From Macrostomum hystrix (Eukaryota > Animalia > Platyhelminthes): a stretch of 64,000 nt of DNA. A program made the translations under genes and the position numbers. Shown here piece after piece: positions 9,601 to 21,400 of the stretch; within the stretch, counting starts at the first letter, position 1; the number at the start of each line of letters is the position of its first letter. The stretch lies in contig CATNEN010000038.1 in assembly GCA_950097015.1 (NCBI GenBank), positions 10,974,001 to 11,038,000 of the forward strand, in the 5' to 3' direction. The notes beneath the pieces were generated by a model, which saw only the letters and a list, made by a program, of their open reading frames with translations, searched no databases and was not told the DNA's origin.

Positions 9601-12522
9601 TGCTGGCACCCATTTAACAGCTGGATGAACTGAAGCAATGCAGAGTTAAGTGTCTTGCAAAAGGACACAAATTGTTCCAGTGGAGTCCGGAATCGAACCC
9701 CCGACCTTCAATTCGTGAATTCCTAAAATATAGTTTAGGAATTAAACCCACGCATTTTAACCTAGGGTTACAAAGACCTACCCAATTTTGCCATCCAATG
9801 CAAATATTTGCTTCTCGTCAATATCCGAGTAGCTGATTCGCTTGTAGAATGCGTCAACAAGGCGAGCCACGGCTTTATTGTCCTTGAATGCGCGCGGGTT
9901 GATGTGCGACCAGGACCTGGCAGGCATGGAAAATACGGAGTGATAAAGACACCTAAGAACAGGTGAGAATCAAAGTCGAACAGGTGGGAATCTCACTCGA
10001 ATAGGTGAGAATCTCACTCGAAAATGTGGGAATCTCACTCAAACAGGTGAGAATCTCGCTCTTTTAGGTGAGAATCGCACGCGAACAAGTGAGAATCGCG
10101 CTAGAACAGGTGAGAATCGAATTCGAACAGGTGAGAATCTAATTCGAACAGGTGAGAATCGAATTCGAACAGGTGAGAATCTAATTCGAACAGGTGAGAA
10201 TCTTATTCAAACAGGTGAGAATCTTATTCCAACAGGTGAGAATCTTATTCAAACAGGTGAGAATCTTATTCCAACAGGTGAGAATCTTATTCGAACAGGT
10301 GAGAATCTTATTCAAACAGGTGAGAATCTTATTCGAACAGGTGAGAATCTTATTCCAACAGGTGAGAATCTTATTCCAACAGGTGAGAATCTTATTCAAA
10401 CAGGTGAGAATCTTATTCAAACAGGTGAGAATCTTATTCCAACAGGTGAGAATCTTATTCCAACAGGTGAGAATCTTATTCAAACAGGTGAGAATCTTAT
10501 TCAAACAGGTGAGAATCTTATTCAAACAGGTGAGAATCTTATTCCAACAGGTGAGAATCTTATTCAAACAGGTGAGAATCTTATTCAAACAGGTGAGAAT
10601 CTTATTCCAACAGGTGAGAATCTTATTCCAACAGGTGAGAATCTTATTAGAACAGTTGAGAATCTCAACTCAAACATTCAGACAAAAAGCTGCAAGAATG
10701 TTTCTCTAAACTCACCTGAGCATGGCAATGCCCCGTCTAGTAGCCTGACAACTTTTCTCGCTGGCCAAAATAATTTCGGCTGCCAATTCAGTTGAGTCCG
10801 TCATCCATTCGTGCATGAGAAACAGAGTTGTCAGGAATGGCTGGCTGCTTATTTGAACCTCCTTGGTGCTGGACACGTCTGTGAGTGCGATCATTGGGCA
10901 CAGCTGTCGTGACTCTACTGTCTAACAGGTAACTCTACTGTCTAACAGGTAACTCTACTGTCTAACAGGTAACTCTACTGTCTAACAGGTAACTCTACTG
11001 TCTAACAGGTAACTCTACTGTCTAACAGGTAACTCTACTGTCTAACAGGTAACTCTACTGTCTAACAGGTAACTCTACTGTCTAACAGGTAACTCTACTG
11101 TCTAACAGGTGACTCTAATCGTCTAAAAGGTGACTGTATAATCTAACAGGTAATTGGTCTATCTAACTAGTGACTCTATTATCTGGTAGATAACCAGTTG
11201 TCTGTTTAACAGGTAAGTCGTCTTTCTATTACTCTTTATCTCTCCGAGTTGCAGATAAAATTAGGTTAGCTAGTCAATCAATAAGGAATTAGAAACATTT
11301 AATTGAGTAATAAACAATATTATTCATAAAATTTACCGAAACAATTCAGTCCGAATTCGACCAGGCCCCGGACTGTGCCGCCCTGAACAGTTGGCGAATC
11401 CTGGTGTGAGTCATCGCTCATCAGCAGCTCGTCGGGTGGAAAGCAGCTAAAATGTATTCAGAATTTAGGCAAAGTTTTGATTAATCATTTAGAAATTTCT
11501 TTAAGGTAAACATTGTATTGATATGTTTCATATTCCATCGCAATGAATCTAACTTCTCAATTATCCTCTGGATATTTTCAATTCTCCTCTATGTGATATT
11601 CTCAATTCTCCTCTATGGGATATTCTCAATTCTCCTCTATGGGATATTCTCAATTCTCCTCTATGGGATATTCTCAATTCTCCTCTATGTGATATTCTCG
11701 TAGATGGGATATTCTCAATCCTTATCTATGGGATATTCTCAATTCTCCTCTATGGGATATTCTCAATTCTCCTCTATGGGATATTCTCAATTCTCCTCTA
11801 TGGGATATTCTCAATTCTCCTCTATGGGATATTCTCAATTCTCCTCTATGGGATATTCTCAATTCTCCTCTATGGGATATTCTCAATTCTCCTCTATGTG
11901 ATATTCTCGTAGATGGGATATTCTCAATCCTTATCTATGGGATATTCTCAATTCTCCTGTATGGGATATTCTCGATCCTTATCTATGGAATCTTCTCAAT
12001 TCTCATCTTATGGGATCTTCTCGGGGGCAGAGCGGTCTAACGCGTTTGCCTCTCGCACCTAAGTTCGATTACACATTAATTTGGCGCGCAGCCGCGGAGA
12101 GAAGGCTTGAGGGCTGATTGCGCACTTTACGCCCATTTGGGCGAACCTCCAAGACACAGTGAGAGTGTACACTGCCTGACGATGAGAAAGTCAGGGCAGA
12201 TGTACACACCTGTGTGCCTGTGTGCGTGTGTGCTCAGGAGTCAGCGGAATGGGCAGAATTGCCTCATCGCTGGCTGCTGGTCAAGTGTCAGCAAAAAGAT
12301 GTGCCATCGCCTGCAGCAAATTGTTTTCGGGATCTTCTTAATTCTTCTCGGTGGGATCTTGCTGACACTTTGCTGACATATTTGGGATGTTTTCGTATCT
12401 CACATGGCCGAGTCTTCAGAATCATCTGTCGATCTGCAGGGTCGCGCCACGTAGCGTTGTCTTCGCTTGCGGCACCTCGCGTCCTTCTGGTCGTATAGTT
12501 GTTCGTCAACTTTTGAATCCAT
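697..12522 (-). CDS. RASGRP: Ras guanyl-releasing protein (RasGRP/CalDAG-GEF): REM, CDC25 RasGEF, 2 EF-hands, C1, GSAS repeat, coiled coil, C-terminal -TEV. 15 coding exons approx 12405-12522, 11337-11446, 10716-10878, 9780-9916, 9200-9413, 8686-8859, 7007-7123, 6001-6097, 5707-5892, 5257-5334, 2887-2987, 2709-2824, 1497-1762, 991-1400, 697-867
   Basis: Phase-consistent GT-AG joins give [15 protein letters not shown] (REM); [83 protein letters not shown] (RasGEF); [15 protein letters not shown] and [13 protein letters not shown] (EF-hands); [42 protein letters not shown] (C1). Confidence 0.93.
1855..2655. repeat. Intronic 18-nt minisatellite GGAGTGGGGTTGGTGTAA
   Basis: Direct inspection. Confidence 0.95.
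3070..3560. repeat. Intronic 24-nt minisatellite CTTCGATTCCAGCTACATCTCTAG
   Basis: Direct inspection. Confidence 0.95.
3976..5022 (+). pseudogene. TRAF-family pseudogene (degenerate RING, TRAF zinc finger, coiled coil, partial MATH), nested antisense in a RasGRP intron
   Basis: [57 protein letters not shown] is a TRAF ZnF pattern with in-frame TAG at 4348-4350. [11 protein letters not shown] and [13 protein letters not shown] resemble a MATH C-terminus but lie in shifted frames. No introns evident. Confidence 0.75.
5350..5620. repeat. Intronic 19-nt minisatellite GTTGTCGGCAGGGAGTGAG
   Basis: Direct inspection. Confidence 0.9.
6208..6352. repeat. 49-nt tandem repeat, 3 copies
   Basis: CCAGTCACTGATGAACCCTGTCAACCTACCGACTCGGAAACCACAGACT. 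Confidence 0.9.
6400..6715 (-). mobile_element. tRNA-derived SINE, family A
   Basis: Reverse complement of the ~350-bp unit seen at 35535 and 40573. Confidence 0.85.
7195..8381. mobile_element. piggyBac-like non-autonomous TIR element carrying an inverted copy of host gene sequence
   Basis: Right end reverse-complements to CCCTAACGGTAGAAAGACAACGGTGGTATTTCAAATACCC; left end reads GACAGCAGAAA-[~25 nt spacer]-AGACAACACGGAGGTATTTCAAATACCC; related copies at 39589 and 58520; TTAA TSD not intact. Confidence 0.6.
7265..7955 (+). repeat. Inverted duplication of 5345-5839 (3' part of RasGRP exon 9, its donor site and the intronic 19-nt repeat)
   Basis: 7265-~7560 is the reverse complement of 5839-~5545; the ORF track shows identical peptides on opposite strands. 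Confidence 0.95.
8400..8636. repeat. 36-nt (2x18) minisatellite
   Basis: TTAAATCCTGAGGGTTTGTTCAATCCCGGGTCTTTG. Confidence 0.9.
9436..9725 (-). mobile_element. tRNA-derived CORE-like SINE, family B
   Basis: Minus strand GGTTCGATTCC B-box, then GCAAGACACTTAACTCTGCATTGCTTCAGTTCATCCAGCTGTTAAATGGG (MIR/CORE-like), (ATT)n tail. Confidence 0.75.
9955..10670. repeat. 21-nt minisatellite AACAGGTGAGAATCTTATTCA
   Basis: Direct inspection. Confidence 0.95.
10910..11220. repeat. 20-nt minisatellite TCTAACAGGTAACTCTACTG (related short array at 8950-9025)
   Basis: Direct inspection. Confidence 0.95.
11550..12022. repeat. 24-nt minisatellite TCTCAATTCTCCTCTATGGGATAT
   Basis: Direct inspection. Confidence 0.95.
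12024..12325 (+). mobile_element. tRNA-derived SINE, family A
   Basis: GGCAGAGCGGTCTAACGCG head, GTTCGA B-box remnant, shared body. Confidence 0.85.
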
Positions 12523-13147
12523 CGAAGTTTAGGCGTTGCTGCTGCTGCTGTTGTTGCTTGTTAAAAATTGCCTGCCGCGAGCTGCCGCTGCTGCGTCTTT
12601 GATCATTTTATACATGCGGCTCGGTATGGTTCGTGTCACCCCGGATTGACGGGCTTTGGGCCGACAGGTGGGGCGTTTTTTTCTCTTAGAGCCGGGCAAT
12701 TTCTCAGGAGTCGACGATTGCTGTAAAATTGTTTCTTTCGCGAGAAAAGCAATGACGATTATTCAAATTATTTTTTGTTATTTCAGCTCGCGCATAGAAA
12801 ATCGGTCCTGAAAAAATGGGCACAATTTCCCCCCCCCCCCGATGGCGGATGCTAATTTTTATAATCGATTTTACAATTTGCGTCAAACGAGAAAATTATG
12901 TCAACATGTAATTAAAAAGTAATTTTTTCTACAGTTTTTTCTAGTCGGGCTGACGTTGGTCTGAATAAATTATTTAAGCTAATATTACTATCATTTTTTT
13001 TATTTCCGAAGGACTAGTTGGACTAAGCAGCTATTACAAAATCTGGCCCAAAGTGAAACTTTGTCAAAAGTTATTTCTTTTTCTGGCATGAGTTTGGCTG
13101 CAAAGTTTGGGTTCCTATGATTGGCTGCAGGCTCTTACCGACAATAA

Positions 13148-13460
13148 TCTCTGATTGGCTGCACTGATCCCTTATTATATATGGTCTCTGATTGGCTGCA
13201 CTGATCCCTTATTATATATGGTCTCTGATTGGCTGCACTGATCCCTTATTATATATGGTCTCTGATTGGCTGCACTGATCCCTTATTATATCTGGTCTCT
13301 GATTGGCTGCACTGATCCCTTATTATATCTGGTCTCTGATTGGCTGCACTGATCCCTTATTATATCTGGTCTCTGATTGGCTGCACTGATCCCTTATTAT
13401 ATCTGGTCTCTGATTGGCTGCACTGATCCCTTATTATATCTGGTCTCTGATTGGCTGCAG
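13148..13460. repeat. 37-nt tandem repeat (~8.5 copies) containing a CCAAT box and TATA-like tract
   Basis: CTGATTGGCTGCACTGATCCCTTATTATATATGGTCT. Confidence 0.9.
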
Positions 13461-14009
13461 TGTCACATTTAGCTTCTGTCTATGGTAGCTAAGCCTTTCG
13501 TTCTTTCTTAAGATTACATTCGAAACTTGGAAAAGTATAAGTTAAGAAGCTCCATAATTCATCAACCTCTACTAATAGTAGGCAAATTGGAATATTTAGC
13601 GTCGACTTAGCATTTCGCAACTGAAGCTCGTATTCTCGGGGTGAATTTAATTCGTCACGTTGGACTCTAATAGCAAAGTCTTATCACAGCTAGCAGCTTT
13701 TAGTGTAGTTAGGTGTAGACTGACTCTGAAGTTTAACATGCCTGCAGTATAAGTTTGCATTTCCTTTCAAATTCAGAACAAAAATCAATACCATAATATC
13801 GAGGCAGAGACGAAACCGATATGGAATTGGTAGCTGTGTCTTCTCGCCAAGAAATACTCCAGACAATGAATTTGTGCGTGAGTGTACACATGATGCACAA
13901 GTTGAGCGATCCAGTTAGCGGCGGTATTTTGTTTTAGTCAATAACAATGGCACTCGTTTAACAATATGCGCATTGTGCCTTGATCTATAATGCCGTTTCA
14001 ATTGGCAAA

Positions 14010-14285
14010 GTAATGAAACACCGGCTGTGCTGCCGACAGCACAGGCGCAGCTATTGCGCGGCGCATCTGAAGGCTGCGCACGGCCGTTCAGTCCGAGGAC
14101 TGGGGGGACGCCACACCCACCCTCATTTACCCAGCTAATGCTGGTAACCATTTAACAGCTAGGTGAACAGAAGCCACACAGAGTTTAATATCTTTCTATA
14201 CGACAAATATTGTTCCTGTGGAGGCGGAATTCGAACCCTCGACCTTTATATCATGAGTCGGACACTCCAACCACTGGGCTAAAAC
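14010..14285 (-). mobile_element. CORE-like SINE, family B
   Basis: Shares GCGCGGCGCATCTGAAGGCTGCG and CCATTTAACAGCT with the 9436 copy; tRNA head TAGCCCAGTGGTT..GGTTCGAATTCC. Confidence 0.8.
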
Positions 14286-14814
14286 CTAATATTTTACCTA
14301 CCTAGTTTTCTAGTGACATAAGATACTCTAGATCTAACCTCTGGTCCGTGTCTTCACAAAAACATGTCGATCATGTGTAATTAATCACTTCTAATTATTG
14401 GCAGCTGTTATCCACAGTTCTACGCACATTATGAGATAAAATTAATATTTGACACCAATTTATATTTAGAAAAGCAAAATTACTGTATAGGAAACCTGTT
14501 TTAGGAATAACGACGAACCACGCCGAGCTGTAAAGGAATAATCGATAAAAAGCATTAATAAAAAATGAGTTTTTATGAAGGTTATAAAATAAAGCATATG
14601 TACATTTTATAAAATAAATTTAAATAAATTTAGTGATGCATATCCACATAAAAAAATGAGCTGGCAATAGTATTTAACCAATTTAAAAACTTCTGACGTC
14701 CACGCCCAAGCTATAAAATGAATCCTTTCATCAGATTTTCATCGGCGTAACGTTTGTCAAGTCCCGATTTGCCTTTTATAGTACCGATTTTCTAGTCAAA
14801 TATGCATGAAAATT

Positions 14815-15784
14815 TCAGCGTCTCCAAGTTGACGCGTAGCCAGCTGCCGAGGTGATAACTTCGTCCTCATCGCAGGAATCGTCAGAGGACGAAATAACGC
14901 AGGTTTGAACAACAGCCGCGGACGGAGCATTGGTGCTGCCGATAATGTAGCCCGCTGCGCCGCCTATTGCGGCTCCTGCCAAGAACCCGGGACCGCTACT
15001 GCCACCGCAGTGGCCGTAGTTGTCATCAGCCAGAGGCTTGTACTGCGTTCGACAATAATAACTCGGCGGCGCATCGGTGCTCAGCATCGCTGACTCGGAA
15101 GAGTGACAAGGACAAATTTTGTAGGCCAGCACAACAAGGCCAATCAGCACAACTATTAGGAGAAGGCCGGAAACAACTGGTACCACGGGGCTGCTGTGCA
15201 TTGTGTGGACTTCATAGTTCACACTGTGCCGATGATGATGACCCGCATGCTTATGGTGATGACTGTGCGAATGAATTCCTGTTGGCTTCAGTGAGTAGGT
15301 CAGGCCACAGGAGCCGGCGAGAATGTACGGATCATTCGGATAATCGAATCCTTCACAGTTGACCTAAATGTTTAATGAGTATTAATGAGTGTTTTTAATT
15401 TTTGTTGAATTACACAAATTTAATTATTTCAAAGAAATCGTTTTGTAGGCTGGGCAAAAATCCAAATCAAAGTATATTGGCCTTTAATTATACCTGCAAG
15501 TTATCGAATTGCAGACTCCTTGGTAATTGAGCTTCGCATTTCCACTGTACGTCTAATCCATTCATGCCTCTGTTATAGCATTGTACTGTAGTTGGAAATT
15601 TAGTGCATGGAGATTGGTTTGGAACACATAGTAGCTGAGGAATTGGAGAACCTCGTCGAGCAGCAGTAAATTTTCCGCTGTGAAGCGTTAATGTCTGCAC
15701 ACTGGCAAGCAGTACCTTCTGGAATTGGCCCTGACAAGCGAATACTAAGGTGCAAAGTAAAAACAGTTTCAAGCCTGCCTTCAT
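14815..15784 (-). CDS. SARAF: Store-operated calcium entry-associated regulatory factor (SARAF/TMEM66), 2 exons (15494-15784, 14815-15363), ~279 aa
   Basis: Signal peptide; KVLLASVQTLTLHSGKFTAARRGSPIPQLLC..VQCYNRG..DVQWKCEAQL joined to VNCEGFDYPNDPYILAGSCGLTYSL; TM helix; GPGFLAGAAIGGAAGYIIG; ends AGYASTWRR. Confidence 0.95.
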
Positions 15785-16954
15785 TATAATTATGATAATT
15801 ACTCTTGTTGTCTGTCACACGGTTTTTTAAAAAGAAGGTGATCAGGGAGCAAAGCACCAACAGAGCACAAGTACTAGCCTCGTGAAGTAAGGAATTTGAA
15901 ATCGTGCTAAAGTTAAGACAAAATTTAACAAAACTGTGCTTAGTTATATTTTTAATATAAACTATACGTTTAAGAAATAAAAATATGCTTTTTGGCTTTA
16001 TTAGCATTGCTAGTATTTACTGCTTAGTTAAATTAAGTTAACGTTTTTCACAATCAATTTGAATACATTTTTTGTTAATAGTCACGACTGTCTTTATATT
16101 TTGTGCTTGTGCCTGCATTTATTGTGATTTTTAGGCCCTTTGCTTTGCTATGATATGTCTATGTTTATTGTATTGTTACTCTTTGTGACCCAATTTGCCT
16201 CGATTTTTTAACGAGCCTAATATGGGCCATTGTCTGGACAATAAACGTTTTATAGTTACAGTTTGTAGTTTGGCTTGAGAATTGTTGATTTGTTGTGCCA
16301 TAAATTTAGGATCTATGACAGGATGAGTTATTACTTGCCTAGCAGGTATTCCTCTTTCATTATAGCTAACTAGTCTGGTAACATATGCATAGATTCCAAT
16401 ATAGTTGAGTAATTCTATAATTTTATATAATCAGATATATTAATTTAGGCCAGCTAACTAAATAGTCTTTTATTAGCTTGGCTTCTATCTTATACTGTAA
16501 TCTATATAATCGATTGATATAGGGCCTACTAGGCAAGGAATGCTGCAGGTATAACACATACTAATGAAATTAGTTATAATTGCTGGTAATGTTGGAGGGC
16601 CATGACAAACTGACAAAGGCATATCATTTATTCACTGACACTATATCCACAGCTAGCAACAAGGCAGTTCTGCCCATTTTTCTGACTCATGAGCCCAGCC
16701 CACATATACAGATTCCATATGCAGGCATGTCTGCCCTTAATTTCTCATTTTTCAGGCATTCTACACTTTCACTATGCCTTGTAGGAGTTGTAGGTTAGCT
16801 CTCAAAGTAAGGGTTGGATGGATCAAGATTTTTGGGATTGGTCAGGATTAGGATCTTAATTTATTTCTGGGTGGGAACGGGCAGGATTTGGGATAGGAGC
16901 AGCCTATGCCTGACTGATTTTAAAATCAGTTAGGGCCTAAGGCCTGTTAAGGCC

Positions 16955-17755
16955 TGTCACCAGTGACAAGACATTTCGGTGACAGTCATTTTGGTGGCAG
17001 AATTGGTCAGTTTGGTGACAACTATTTTTGCACCTAAATATGTTAAGAAAACTGCCTTCCACGATCCAGCAGCTGCTTAAAGCCTGCACTCGTCTTGTCA
17101 ATCCAAAAAAGATTATTATGCACATTTAATTAGGATCAAATAACTATTGAAACTATTGACTACTCATTAAATAATTTAATAATTTAACTTATTTAAAGTA
17201 AAACCCAGAGAAATCAATTTATGAATGCTATCTTAGCATAAATATATCATACATGCGCAACACCCAGCCAACCCAGCCGAATCGGCCAGGTGAAATGAGG
17301 GCCAAGCAAGGTAAGTCGCAAAAACCAATCAACCAAGCACAAAAAAATCAAAGGGGGACCAAGGGACAAAAAAGGAAGGCGTGAAGAAAAGGAAAAAGGG
17401 GAGAGAAAAAGAGAGCAAATAAGAGCAAACTAAGTCATAAATTAATCAATGAAACGAACTAAGTCGCAAATGAGAGCAAACTAAGTCATAAATAGAGCAA
17501 AAACTAAGTCGCATGGCCGGCTAAGATTTGGGAGGTTGCGCATGTATGTTAATACTTATAGCATTTTTTTAATTAATACTTTATAAGTGTGCATAGTTAA
17601 AATGGAAGGCTGTTTTTAGCATATTTAGGTGCAAAAATAGTTGTCACCAATCTGACCAATTGTGTCACTGAAATGACTTGAGTTGTCACCGAAATGTCTT
17701 GTCACTGAAATGTCTTGTCACCAAAATGTCTTGTCACCGAAATGACCTGGGACCA
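16955..17755. mobile_element. Foldback/MITE with subterminal GTCACCGAAATGTC repeats
   Basis: 16961-17061 is inverted relative to 17603-17710; ends ..GAAATGACCTGGGACC. Confidence 0.65.
17248..17548. mobile_element. Nested ~300-bp MITE with 14-bp TIR (hAT-like ends)
   Basis: CATACATGCGCAAC ... GTTGCGCATGTATG; TSD not clear. Confidence 0.6.
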
Positions 17756-18436
17756 TTTCATGTTAGGCCAATGGAAGACACTCTTCTTTGTCTATACTAG
17801 CGATGACCAATAATTTTAGGTAAAATTTGGGTAATGCCTAGAGCCTAGCGTGTAGTGCTTAAGCATATGGAAGTTCATAGTTTATCTAAATTAATTTGCA
17901 CTTAACTTTATATTGACACAATTTTCCTAATATTTAAATAAAGCTTTAAAAAAAAATTTTTGCTTATGTCTGTAGCTATGCTGCAAAGCTATTAAACCAG
18001 TTAATTCAAAAGCATTCTCTTTTAATGACCAAAAGAGAAAAAGTGAGCTTGTCACTATGAAGCTTTAAGATTGAATTTAGTTTTCTAAAGTTGAATTATT
18101 ACATGAAATAGTTTTAACTTTATATTAGTAGAAAAAAGTTTGAAATCAGTTTAGAACTGATTTAGAGCCTCATTACTTCAGTTACATTTCAATATAGACT
18201 CCTTCACTATTAAAATATATTTGGTTTACTATTACTATTAATTAGAAACTACAATTTACATAGTTTTCCTTCTCCTCCAAATAAGAAAGTGTTTGTCTTT
18301 GCAGCTCAAAGAATTAAGCAAGTTCGCAGGGTAAATGGCAAGAGCAGCTATGCATTATTTTTTAGCTATAAGTGCCTCGTCATCTTATTAAACTCACTTT
18401 CTCAATAATTGCAGAGCGATTTCACTTAAAAGAAGA

Positions 18437-21400
18437 ATGTCTCTCCGCTGTAGCAACTGCTCGTCGGCCTTCTTTAGCCAGAAGCTGCTAAATCAGCATC
18501 AGAAGAAATGCGCCGCCTCTGGCAAGACTCGCTTCACAGTGTCCGTCCGACTGCCGGACGAAGAGGTGGCCGAGGACGCGGCCAGAGCTGCTGCTGCTCA
18601 GGCGATGAGGTCCCAGCAGCAGCAGCAGCTGGCAGAATCGCCAGCTCCGCTATCGCCGCAGTCTGATCAGCAGCAGCAGCAGCATTCTGTGCAGCTTAGC
18701 ATTGTAGATACAGAGAATGTCAGTCCAGGCGGTGGTGGCGTGTCCTCCGTTGGTGTCATTCAAAACCAGGCGCATCAGCAGCAGCATCAGCAACAGCAGC
18801 AGCACCACGGTCGCCTACTGCGAACCGACATTCCGCTGAGGTCGCCAGCCGACCGACGTCGAGTCGCCTGCAACGCCTGCGGTAAAATGTTCACCGGCCA
18901 ACGCTGCTGCAATTGGCTGGCCGACCATCTGCGCATTGAACATCTGGACCAGCCGCCGCACTCGTGTCCTCACTGCGGCGCCCTGTTCGTGTACTTCGAC
19001 ACTCTGCAGGTCGGTATAGCATTTTTTACTGCCTTGACAACCCGTGGCTTCAGTCACCCTCTCTCACTCGCTTCTCAAAATTCACTCACTCACTCACTCA
19101 TTTCTCATTCACTCACTTGTCACTCTCTCACTCGCTCTCTTATTTCTCACTCATCAATTCACTCACTCACCCACTCACTCACCCACTCACTGTCTCACTC
19201 ACCCACCCACTCACTCACCCACTCACCCACTCACTCACCCACTCACTCACCCACTCACCCACTCACTCACCCACTCACCCACTCACTCACCCACTCACTC
19301 ACCCACTCACCCACTCACTCACCCACTCACTCACTCACTCACAGCTCTGACAACCCACAGTCTCAGTATTTACTTACGGCATATTTTTGTTCCCACAGGA
19401 GCACGTGACTGCCAATCACAGCTCTGAGGGCAATGCAGTTTCTGCCGCCGCCGCGGCATCCGTCTCCGTTGGCGATGCCAAGCAGGAGCAGCAGCTTCCT
19501 GCCGCAACTGCCGAAGGCTATGCCTACTGCTGCGGCCTCTGTAACGAGACTTACACCGACCTGCAACTGCTGTTGAAACACTTCGCCGATTTGCACCCGG
19601 AGTTCGCCTCCCCGGATGAACTGGTGGCGGCCGCCACGGCTCCACTGCTGCAGCAGCAGAACCAGATACTGTACGCATGCACTTTGTGCTCGCAAAGCTT
19701 CGATCAGCTCATTTCTGGCCAGCTACACCTGCAGCGCAATCATCCTAATGAGTGGCGACAGGTAGCTATGCCAGTTATCCTGCTGTTATCACCGAATCAC
19801 CCACTTGTTCACCCATTCACTCACTTATTCACTCATTCACTCACTGATTCACCCATTCACTCACTTATTCACCCATTCACTCACCTTTTTACCTATTCAC
19901 TATTCACTCACTTATTCACCCATTCACTCACTTATTCACTCAATCAGTCACTTTTCACCCATTCACTCATTCACTCACTGATTCACCCATTCACTCACTT
20001 ATTCACTCATTCACTCACTAATTCACCCATTCACTCACTTATTCACTTATTCACCCATCCACTCACTTATTCACCCATTCACTCACTTATTCACCCATCC
20101 ACTCACTTATTCACCCATCCACTCACTTATTCACTTATTCACCCATCGACTCACTTATTCACCCACTCACTTATTCACCTATTCACTCATTTATTCACTA
20201 ATTCACCCATTCACTCACTTATTCACTTATTTACCCATCCACTCACTTATTCACCCATCCACTCACTTATTCACCCATCCACTCACTTATTCACTTATTC
20301 ACCCATCCACTCACTTATTCACCCACTCACTTATTCACCCATCCACTCACTTATTCACCCACTCACTTATTCACCTATTCACTCATTTATTCACTTATTC
20401 ACTCACTTATTCACTCACTTATTTATTCGCCTGTTCGCTCTCCCTACAGGTGGTCTGCTGCCCGATCTGCCAGTTGAACTGCAAGACCGATTCGCTGAAC
20501 CAGGCTCACATTCGATCCACCCACGCCAACCCAAAGACTGTACTGGACGGTCCGGTCACCTGCCGCCTGTGCTCCAGACTCGGCGTGCTAAGCGGCAAAC
20601 CCTCTGCGGCTGGCCAGGATGCTCTGATATTTGCCGGCGTTGACCAGCTATACGAGCACTATTTGGCTGTGCATGTCAAATCCATGTCAGCCTTGATTGT
20701 GGAAACAACCGCTGCCGCCATTGCAGCCGGCGGGGACACCCTGTACGAGTGCGGCGGCTGCAAGGCTCGCTATAAGGATCGGATGCTGCTGGAGGCCCAC
20801 TTTCAAGCCGGTGAGAGCTGGGGAGAGAATGGGGAAGCATTGGGAAGAATGGCGGAAAAGAGAGGGGAAGAATTGAGGATAACAGAGGGATGAATAGTGA
20901 AGTATTGGGAAGAATGACGGATAAGAGAGAGGTAAATGGGGAAGGATTGGCAATAATCACGGTTAAGAGAGGGGTGAATGGGGAAGAATTGGGAAGAATG
21001 TCGGATAAGAGAGGGGAGAATGGGGAAGGGTTGGGAAGAATGGCGGTTAAGAGAGGGGAGAATGGGGAAGGATCGGGAAGAATGGCGGATAAGATAGGGG
21101 AGAATGGGGAAGGATTGGGAAGAATGACGGATAAGAGAGGGGAGAATGGGGAACGATTGTGAATAAGAGTCGATAAGAGAAGGGAGAATGGGGAAGGATT
21201 GGGAAGAATCACGGATAAGAGAGGGGAGAATGGGGAAGGGTTGGGAAGAATGGCGGTTAAGAGAGGGGAGAATTGGGAAGGATCGGGAAGAATGGCGGAT
21301 AAGATAGGGGAGAATGGGGAAGGATTGGGAAGAATGACGGATAAGAGAGGGGAGAATGGGGAACGATTGTGAATAAGAGTCGATAAGAGAGGGGAGAATG

